A stretch of 64,000 bases of DNA, from NCBI GenBank assembly GCA_963734345.1, contig CAVTGT010000011.1, positions 505,334 to 569,333 of the forward strand, given 5' to 3'. This document shows, piece by piece, positions 56,889-64,000 of the stretch. The position numbers and the translations under genes were made by a program. This DNA comes from an uncultured Nitrospiraceae bacterium (GTDB lineage: Bacteria; Nitrospirota; Nitrospiria; Nitrospirales; UBA8639). The stretch's first letter is position 1. Each line of letters opens with the position of its first letter. The notes below the pieces were generated by a model, which ran no database searches, was not told the origin of the DNA, and worked only from the letters and a program-made list of their open reading frames with translations.

Positions 56889-58376
56889 ATGAGGACTTTT
56901 TACCGAACCTTTACCAGGTTGACGACCGCGGCGTTGATTGTGGCCATGTCTGCAGCGCCAGGGTTGGCCGCCAAGACCACCCCGGCTACCGACAAAAACA
57001 CCGATGTGGCTGCTGTGCCACGGGCCATCCCGGATTTGGTGCCTTATCAAAATTTTGACCCACCCAAAGGTGTTTTTGATGCCAGCAAGTTGACGATTTC
57101 CGGCGATATGCGGGTCCGGCCGGAATTCCGAACGAATGGCAACTTTAGTAAAAATGGAAACTCCAATGCCTACTTCACCCAGCAACTCATCCGGTTGGGA
57201 TTTAATTACGACCTGTCTCCGGATGTCGTGTTTTTCGTGCAGCCCCAGGTTTCAAATAACTTTGGTTCGAATACGTCCACCACGAACGTGACGGGAGCCG
57301 GCAATCCCAATGGGACGGATACGCAACTGTTCCTTCGTCAGGGATTCATGTTAGTTCGGAATTTCGTGCTGCCGAATTTAACGTTAAAAGCCGGGCGGCA
57401 ATTAATGGTGTGGGGGAATCACCGGATCTTCGGTCACTTTGACTGGAACAACGTCGGATTCGCGTTTGACGGAATCACCATGCGGTATAACCATGCAAAA
57501 TACCCTGTGGAATTCGGCTGGTTGCGCGTAGCGGAAGGCAACTGTGTATCGAATGCCGGTGCATGCACGACTGGCAAAGCTTCGAGAGGTGATGGCGACA
57601 TTTTATTTGTCCATATGCCGTGGAAATTCGGTTCGTGGGCGGTTGAGCCCTCCTATATTTATGAAGATGGGGGTTCGACCACTGGTGGACCGTTGACTGC
57701 CGGCGGTGGAACGGCCACGGGACCAGTCGGCGGGCAACAGTCCAATCAAGAGCGAAGCACTGTTGGTGGCCGGGTGGCGTACAAGGAGGGCATGTTCGAT
57801 CTTACCGGTGAAGGATATTGGCAGTTTGGTGAAATAGGTGTTCCAGGACAGGCCAGCCAAACGCGGATCAATGCCTTGGCCGGACATGCGGATGGTGGTA
57901 TCACCTTGCCGGTTCCAATGCAACCTCGTATCGGTGCGGAAATCAACTATGCGACAGGAAGTTCTAACCCGAATGGCGGGCATACGTTCAGCCAATTGTT
58001 CCCGACGAACCACATTCATTTCGGGTACATGGACTTGATGTCCTGGCAAAACATGCTCACTTACGGCGGGAACCTCCAATTGCGTCCCACGCCGGAGAGC
58101 CATTTCGAAATTGCCGGCCATATCATGCGGTTGGCGAACAAGAGGGACAACTGGTATACGGCCAGCCAAGCGACCTTCTTCACTACTCCTGCCGGGAATG
58201 ATGAAAAGTCACTCGGTGGTGAAATTGACGTGGTCTATACCTTGTTCTTCCAAAACAACCATGTAGGATGGCAAGTGGGCTACGGCCACTTCTTCACGGG
58301 TGATTACCTGAAGGAGAACGGGTTTGGCACGGCTGACCAGAACTGGGGCTACACCCAACTCTGGATCAACTTCTAA
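56889..58376 (+). CDS. outer-membrane beta-barrel (alginate-export-like porin)
   Basis: AGGAGG lies upstream of the ATG at 56889. Signal peptide (..APGLAAK), C-terminal ..QLWINF. Confidence 0.7.
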   Translation: MRTFYRTFTRLTTAALIVAMSAAPGLAAKTTPATDKNTDVAAVPRAIPDLVPYQNFDPPKGVFDASKLTISGDMRVRPEFRTNGNFSKNGNSNAYFTQQLIRLGFNYDLSPDVVFFVQPQVSNNFGSNTSTTNVTGAGNPNGTDTQLFLRQGFMLVRNFVLPNLTLKAGRQLMVWGNHRIFGHFDWNNVGFAFDGITMRYNHAKYPVEFGWLRVAEGNCVSNAGACTTGKASRGDGDILFVHMPWKFGSWAVEPSYIYEDGGSTTGGPLTAGGGTATGPVGGQQSNQERSTVGGRVAYKEGMFDLTGEGYWQFGEIGVPGQASQTRINALAGHADGGITLPVPMQPRIGAEINYATGSSNPNGGHTFSQLFPTNHIHFGYMDLMSWQNMLTYGGNLQLRPTPESHFEIAGHIMRLANKRDNWYTASQATFFTTPAGNDEKSLGGEIDVVYTLFFQNNHVGWQVGYGHFFTGDYLKENGFGTADQNWGYTQLWINF

Positions 58377-58416
58377 TAATTCGATCTTAGGGGACTTAAC
58401 CCTCCCCGTTATCCTG

Positions 58417-58455
58417 AAAAGCCCGGCTGGATCAATCCAGCCGGGCTTTTTTTTC
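58417..58455 (+). terminator. strong rho-independent terminator
   Basis: AAAGCCCGGCTGGA-TCAA-TCCAGCCGGGCTTT followed by a T run. Confidence 0.8.
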
Positions 58456-59068
58456 TCTCCTGATTATTTTTTTCGAGTTGTCTTTTTTCGTCTGTCATTC
58501 CGGCGAGTCCTTGACCTGAATTTTACCTACCTTCATTCACGTCTATGGCCGCAACTATCTCATTATCTTCAACGATCCTTCGGGCCATTCCTTCTTATCA
58601 ACCCTCTTCAGTTCAAGTATTTTTCAAGCTGCGGCCACCAACGGGGCTATCACCCAGGTTTATATATGGCAATGGGTGACGATATCTTTATCAACGTATT
58701 CGGTGGGATTTGTGGAGCGGTTAGTACGACAATTGAAGGCTGAAATGGCGTCAAAGGCGCCATGATTGGGACATCTCTTGTGCTGTCAGTGCATCATCTA
58801 ATCCAGCGGCCAAACCGCAACGAATCCAGAGCAAGGTCAGTTATTTGAAGAAGAAGTTAAAAAGTCGTGAGTGAGTTTTTGTCTTAGATCCGGCATTTTC
58901 CGATCCTCTTTTATGTAGATCGCCGGTGACTTCTCCTCACCGTTAAATAAACCTTCATCTCCTAGCCACTCCCAAGTTAATTTGAACAAGACTGCGTGAA
59001 AGCAAAGCCGGCAGTGTTCCATCCCAAAAGAGAAGGCTGTGTGGAGTAATTCTGAAGGGAAGAGGCAT

Positions 59069-60166
59069 TTACCGCGTAGGGTTTTTTAAGGCAGGCCTTG
59101 GTTGGATCTCGGTCAGAATGGTATGGGTTCCGGGGGGCAGGCCTTCGGACAGGATAATCCCGATGATCAGCTCTCCTTTGAGGTGTTCCTTGACCTCACC
59201 CATGCGCCCCCGTATTTCAGCCGTTCGTTTTTCGCCGGCTTTCAATGCCCCGATCGGCACAGGAATAGGAGCTACCCGTTTAAATGCTTCGACTAACTCT
59301 GGTGTGCCGCGCAGCTCCACGTAGGCGGATGGAATCGTTGATCCGCTGACATTTGTGGTTTCGATTAACAAGATTACCGCCTCGCCGCCTTCCAAAATGA
59401 GATTCCGGTTGGCATCGACCAGTTTGGTTCGAAATTGGACCGACGGGCTTGCCACGGGTGGGGCCGCTGGCGGCACGGCTACGGGCTGGACTTGAGTGGA
59501 CGGTGCAGGGAACCCCGGTTGTGTGGGGACGGATTGTTGCCCCGGAGTGAGTTGGACCAATTGGGGGAGAACCTCTACCATCTGTTTAGCCAGAGTTTCG
59601 GCGGCGTCCTCTACCGTTCCATCAATTCCACCGGTTTCGCATGAGACGGATTGGCTGGTGAGTTCCGGGACGTATATTCTGACTTTCTTGTGGTAGGTCA
59701 GGGGACTTTGTGCAATGGGTGTGCCTTTCGCATCTTCGTAGACGACGTGGAGTTTCAGATCCACAAAGACATCGTATCGATCTTCCTGGCCTGAACGATC
59801 AAATGGATCAAATCCAAATTGATTAAGATTCACGATTATTCGATAGCCATCGGGAGGAACCCCTTGTGCTTCTCCGACGGGAGGTTCTGCTCTGACGCCA
59901 TTGAAGCGATTTTGGCCGACTTGGAGAAACGTTTGAGCTATAATCTTTCCTACGGGAATCGTATAGGGCAACCCGCATCCGCCCACGGTTTGGGTATAGT
60001 CCAGGAGCGTTGTTGGAAACGCATAGATCACCGTGATAGGAATTCGTGGTTCTGAATGATCGTCGTAAGTGAGGCGGGGAATGGAGACCTTGTCGCAGGC
60101 GAAAAGGAAGGATAATAAAACGCCAAGTAGGCTGTAATGAAAAAGTTTTTTTACCAGTGCGCACAC
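59069..60166 (-). CDS. lipoprotein with a Pro-rich linker and a C-terminal beta-sandwich-like domain
   Basis: Lipobox LFAC. No catalytic motif recognised. Confidence 0.6.
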   Translation of the reverse strand: MCALVKKLFHYSLLGVLLSFLFACDKVSIPRLTYDDHSEPRIPITVIYAFPTTLLDYTQTVGGCGLPYTIPVGKIIAQTFLQVGQNRFNGVRAEPPVGEAQGVPPDGYRIIVNLNQFGFDPFDRSGQEDRYDVFVDLKLHVVYEDAKGTPIAQSPLTYHKKVRIYVPELTSQSVSCETGGIDGTVEDAAETLAKQMVEVLPQLVQLTPGQQSVPTQPGFPAPSTQVQPVAVPPAAPPVASPSVQFRTKLVDANRNLILEGGEAVILLIETTNVSGSTIPSAYVELRGTPELVEAFKRVAPIPVPIGALKAGEKRTAEIRGRMGEVKEHLKGELIIGIILSEGLPPGTHTILTEIQPRPALKNPTR

Positions 60167-60534
60167 AGGCCTACCCTACCCCAAGATCTTGAAAGTTGGC
60201 AACCGCGTCATGCTTTTTACACGCAAAGGTTCATGTGTTCTCGGCACGTTGTCGATTGAAGCGGCAAGGACCGGTTTAAGAGAAAAACGAAAGATGGTCT
60301 CCGGTTTCCGGAGGTTGAGCACGAAGGAGAGATAGAAAAGTATGGGTTCTTTCATGTCCACACAGGAATGATCCTGAGAGGGAACGATGGATTCCGGTCG
60401 ACCTCATGTCTCCTGTCTCCTTTTTCTCTTCGACCAACATCCTTCCGGTTTCTCTTTTTCTTGACGATCCCTGCTCGAAGGGAGGACAATTTGACTATAG
60501 ACGAATTTTACCTTAAACCAATGGAGGCTTCATC

Positions 60535-61305
60535 ATGTGGCGTCACCTCTGGTTGATTGTCGGCTTGCTGGGCTCGTTGTTTTTCTTCGCTTGTTCCATG
60601 GACAGTACTCCCAAAAGGCTGGGAGTTTACCTCCCTCAACCCGCCGGTCAGGCAGGAGTGGTTGGGAAAATAGCACTTCCTGCTGAAAAAGTGAGCAGTG
60701 CGTTGGTGGTGCTGAACGATTCGGGATTTGAAAAATCAGCTCCTGTACTTCGCCGCGGGACCTTGGAGAATCTCGGGGAACACCTGAAAACGGAAATTCA
60801 GAAACAAGTACCGATTCAAATCACTTCCGTCGTGTATCCTGATGATCTGCAATCCAATCATTCTGCGGACCAATTTATTCAATTGGCCAAGGCGCAGAAT
60901 GTCCCCTATCTTCTATTAGCGGTATTGTCCAGTTCCGAATGGGAGGTATTTGATCGTCTTCCGCTGAGCGGTTATCAGCAGCCGACGGGTATGCGGGGTG
61001 GTGGAATGCCTGGGTACCGCGTGGAAAATTATGCGCGGCTGGAATTAGCGTTGCTGGATGCCCGGACAGGCCAACCGGTGGTCACCACAGATGGTCAAGC
61101 CTGGGCTACCCTTGAACGGTTGGTTGTCCCGCTGGAATCCAACGTGTATCCCGTTGTCCGGAGAGATCAGACCCAGCCACCTATTTATCCCAATTCGGAG
61201 GGAGAGGGGTATGAGACTCTTCGCTGGATTTCCGGGCAGGATGCCATTGGCCAAGCGGTGATGCACTTAGAAATATTGTGGAAGAAGAATCAGGCGACTT
61301 CCTGA
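60535..61305 (+). CDS. lipoprotein, unknown function (LpoB/CsgG-like fold suspected)
   Basis: Lipobox FFAC. Contains ..YLLLAVLSSSEWEV..ARLELALLDARTGQPV... Confidence 0.6.
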   Translation: MWRHLWLIVGLLGSLFFFACSMDSTPKRLGVYLPQPAGQAGVVGKIALPAEKVSSALVVLNDSGFEKSAPVLRRGTLENLGEHLKTEIQKQVPIQITSVVYPDDLQSNHSADQFIQLAKAQNVPYLLLAVLSSSEWEVFDRLPLSGYQQPTGMRGGGMPGYRVENYARLELALLDARTGQPVVTTDGQAWATLERLVVPLESNVYPVVRRDQTQPPIYPNSEGEGYETLRWISGQDAIGQAVMHLEILWKKNQATS

Positions 61306-61309
61306 TCCG

Positions 61310-61999
61310 ATGATCCTTGTCAAAATATGGGTGACATGCCTTTTGACAGCTATTCTGGTGGGGTGTGGGGCAGGCTCCACACCCCGGATGATTGACCTTG
61401 TCGGAAAGGATGCGTTTCCATCAAGAGACCTTCTCTCGGAGGATAATGAGTGGAAAGTGGCATCAAAAATCGGGCTGATGGTGCATTCGGATGCCACGGC
61501 TCCAAATGCCGCTCCGGCGATCATGTCCGGATATCTGGAGACGCTTACTCGACGAACTGAAGAATTTCTCAGGCAGCGTTGCAAATTTCAAGAGATCGTG
61601 ACTGTTTCACCAGTATCCAAATCAGTGGACCTTTCTCAAGAACTGAAAGCCCAAGGCCAACGCTTACGAGTCTCTTATGAAATTGTCATCGTGTTATCCA
61701 GCCATGAGCAGGCTGGTCCTGAAAAAATCGGAGAAGCCACGATGATGACGCAAATGGGCGGAACGGTTATTGAAAATTCAGCGATGGCTGAGGTGGCCAT
61801 ACTTCGATTTTCGGATTTCACCGCGGTTTTTTTGGCATCGGGGATTGGGACTGAAACCTTGGAACAATTGGATGTGCCAATTGGGAGTAATCGGCCTTCG
61901 CCAATAGAGGCTCGTGAGATTGTGAGAGCTCGCGCTGGTCAGCACGCGTTAGATCGGGCACTGGATCGTTTAGGGTTGGCCTGTCAGCTTAAGACGTAA
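61310..61999 (+). CDS. lipoprotein, possible paralogue of the preceding gene
   Basis: Lipobox LVGC. It starts 4 nt after the previous stop and has a similar size and layout (..EIVIVLSSHEQ..AMAEVAILRFSDFTAV..). Confidence 0.6.
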   Translation: MILVKIWVTCLLTAILVGCGAGSTPRMIDLVGKDAFPSRDLLSEDNEWKVASKIGLMVHSDATAPNAAPAIMSGYLETLTRRTEEFLRQRCKFQEIVTVSPVSKSVDLSQELKAQGQRLRVSYEIVIVLSSHEQAGPEKIGEATMMTQMGGTVIENSAMAEVAILRFSDFTAVFLASGIGTETLEQLDVPIGSNRPSPIEAREIVRARAGQHALDRALDRLGLACQLKT

Positions 62000-62012
62000 A
62001 AATTGTCAAGTG

Positions 62013-62510
62013 TTACCGGTAGTTTTCGAATTGCAAATCGAGTCCGAAATCCTGCTCCTTCAGATGCTTCATGACGGCTTGCAGTTCGTCTTTGCTTTTA
62101 CTTTGTACCCTGACTTGTTCCCCTTGAATTTGCCCCTGGGCTTTAAATTTGGCCTCTTTGATCGATTTGGTGATGGCTTTGGCTTTGTCCTCTGGAAGGC
62201 CGCTTTGAATCGTGATGGTTTGGCGGACGGTTCCCCCTAAGGCTTCTTCTACTTTTCCATACGTCAGGCCCTTCAACGACACATTGCGTTTGACACATTT
62301 GCCTTTGAGGATATCCAGGACGGCGTTGAGTTTGTAATCGTCATCCGAGATCACCACCAATTGCTTTTCTTTCTCTTTTAACGTCAACTCGGTTTTCGAT
62401 CCCTTGAAATCAAATCGTTGCCCGACTTCTTTCAGGGTTTGATCCACCACATTTTTCATTTCCTGCATGTCAATCCGGGAGATGACGTCGAAGGAATAAT
62501 TGTCAGCCAT
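62013..62510 (-). CDS. yajQ: YajQ-family nucleotide / cyclic-di-GMP-binding protein
   Basis: MADNYSFDVISRIDMQEMKNVVDQTLKEVGQRFDFKGS.. is typical of YajQ (UPF0234). Confidence 0.85.
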   Translation of the reverse strand: MADNYSFDVISRIDMQEMKNVVDQTLKEVGQRFDFKGSKTELTLKEKEKQLVVISDDDYKLNAVLDILKGKCVKRNVSLKGLTYGKVEEALGGTVRQTITIQSGLPEDKAKAITKSIKEAKFKAQGQIQGEQVRVQSKSKDELQAVMKHLKEQDFGLDLQFENYR

Positions 62511-62546
62511 ACGTCTCCTTACTCTGGGTTGTTGCAGGCAGCCGGA

Positions 62547-64000
62547 CTAACAGCACGGTCCCGCGGGAAGTTGAATACCTTCGCCCTCAAACACTTCTGT
62601 ATTATTCAAAGGATGTTTGTGCACAAGATAGCCATACCATTTTCTGGCGCTATCCGCGAGGACAATGAGCGCGAGCACGGCCACGAGCCCTACGAGTGCC
62701 GCATTGATGGTCATGGTCAGGGTGTGCGTCTCGCCGGACGAGAGGGCACGGTTGATAAATAACACCAGGAGTTCGTAGCATCCGGCCAGCGTAATCACTC
62801 CCACAAACACCATCGGGATGATCGTGACCCAGAGATATGACGTTTTGTTCATTTTTATGAGTATGGTTGTCGCAATACAGAGTGCGAGCATGCCGAGTAA
62901 TTGATTCGCTGCCCCGAACATGGGCCAGATGGTCGAAATGGTTCCCGTGCCAATGAGATATCCCCACGCCCCGACGACCAACAAGCTGGCACCTATCACT
63001 CCGGGCCACCAGTTGATCTGTTTGAGTGGTGGATAGGCTCGTCCCCCTAATTCCTGAACCAGATAGCGGGCGACTCGTGTGCCTGCGTCAATCGTGGTTA
63101 AAATGAAGAGGGCTTCGAACAGGAGGGCGAATTGATACCAATAGGCCATGAGCCCGGACATACCCGGCAGGCCTGAAAAAATGGAGGCCATCCCCACCGC
63201 TAAGGACACGGCCCCTCCGGGTCGGCCCGACACATCCACTTCCACCAGGCGGGATAACTCCGCAATGTGTGAAGTTGGAAACCCCATCGTCTGCAAGGTT
63301 TCAGGTGATAGCGTTGTGTTGATGGCGAGATAGTCACCGGGAATGAGGAGGCATGCGGCAATGAGCGCAATGACTCCCACAAAGCTTTCCAGGAGCATGG
63401 CCCCGTACCCGACGATGGCTTGGGATTCCTGACTGATCAGCTTGGGCGTGGTCCCTGAGGCCACGAGTGAGTGAAAACCGGAAATGGCACCGCAGGCGAT
63501 GGTGATGAAGAGAAACGGAAACAGTGTTCCGGGAATGATCGGCCCGTTTCCGGACACAAAGATGGTGGTGCGAGGCATTTCAATCGTTGGTGCGAGCACA
63601 ATAACGCCGATGGCGAGGAGAGCTACCACGCCTAATTTCATAAATGTCGAGAGATAATCCCTGGGGACCAATAACATCCAGACGGGAAGGACTGAAGCCA
63701 GAAACCCATAGGCCGCAAGACTCCAGGTGAGCGTATGACGATCCCATACAAACCATTCCGCCCAATCTGATTGGGCCACAGTCCGTCCAAAGATGATAGC
63801 CAAGATTAAAAGCCCTAACCCGAGCAGGGTCATTTCGCCGACGTGTCCCCGGCGAACTTTCTGAAGGTACAGTCCCATAAGCAGGGCGATGGGAATGGTC
63901 ATGACGATGGTAAACGTGCCCCAGGCATTGTGGTAAAGCGCGTTCACGACAGCCAGACCCAACCCGGCTAGAGCGACAACCACGATAAATAATACGGCAA
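62547..64000 (-). CDS. cstA: carbon starvation protein A, 5'-partial (start lies beyond the window end)
   Basis: Polytopic membrane protein with ..MFGAANQLLGMLAL... The frame is open to the window edge. Confidence 0.85.
   Translation of the reverse strand, partial: AVLFIVVVALAGLGLAVVNALYHNAWGTFTIVMTIPIALLMGLYLQKVRRGHVGEMTLLGLGLLILAIIFGRTVAQSDWAEWFVWDRHTLTWSLAAYGFLASVLPVWMLLVPRDYLSTFMKLGVVALLAIGVIVLAPTIEMPRTTIFVSGNGPIIPGTLFPFLFITIACGAISGFHSLVASGTTPKLISQESQAIVGYGAMLLESFVGVIALIAACLLIPGDYLAINTTLSPETLQTMGFPTSHIAELSRLVEVDVSGRPGGAVSLAVGMASIFSGLPGMSGLMAYWYQFALLFEALFILTTIDAGTRVARYLVQELGGRAYPPLKQINWWPGVIGASLLVVGAWGYLIGTGTISTIWPMFGAANQLLGMLALCIATTILIKMNKTSYLWVTIIPMVFVGVITLAGCYELLVLFINRALSSGETHTLTMTINAALVGLVAVLALIVLADSARKWYGYLVHKHPLNNTEVFEGEGIQLPAGPCC

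Noticed and set aside
1-64000. Search for CRISPR arrays, tRNA, rRNA, tmRNA and integrase or recombinase genes
   Set aside because: I saw no regularly spaced direct repeats, no cloverleaf-like conserved tRNA ends, no rRNA-like segments and no tyrosine or serine recombinase motifs in any listed ORF. The islands therefore lack a visible integration enzyme.

Overview
Bacterial chromosomal window with no rRNA, tRNA or CRISPR array that I could see. The gene content (urea and nickel genes, many periplasmic redox proteins and lipoproteins) gives an unverified Nitrospira-like impression. The flanks (1-24.5 kb and 50.2-64 kb) carry intact housekeeping and envelope genes. These are aroC-aroB, a GAF-GAF-ANTAR regulator, nadE-glnD, a PIN/TRAM protein, ApbE, a Fur-family regulator, ComEA, an M32 carboxypeptidase, uvrB, two tatA-like genes, porins, yajQ and cstA. 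Also here is a minus-strand operon (11.5-17 kb) encoding a porin, a lipoprotein, a secreted FMN-binding protein, a 4-TM His-bearing membrane protein and an oversized di-haem peroxidase-like cytochrome c. The centre (24.5-50.2 kb) is a decayed, compositionally mosaic accessory region. It holds a SLOG/LOG-like gene plus a patatin phospholipase gene (both frameshifted), a frameshifted lytic transglycosylase, and a type II R-M pair with a broken R gene and an intact M gene. It also holds an orphan HigA-like antitoxin, IS481- and IS3-family transposase fragments, a GC-rich Sel1/TPR block, an AT-rich methyltransferase block and remnants of a urea/nickel module. Two separate places carry diverged but still in-frame duplicate copies of gene 3' ends flanking inserted DNA, as expected for integration at gene 3' ends. 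At least nine genes between 24.7 and 50.2 kb are interrupted by frameshifts, several at homopolymer runs, and none in the flanks. The most interesting leads are: (i) a two-hexaloop ANTAR-type antiterminator leader overlapping a terminator just upstream of nadE-glnD; (ii) the uncharacterised flavin/haem periplasmic operon with ApbE nearby; (iii) the SLOG-like plus patatin pair as a possible, now degraded, signal-gated defence module; (iv) the duplicated convergent 3' ends bracketing a 9-kb mosaic insert. All functional calls come from motif recognition by eye, with no database search.
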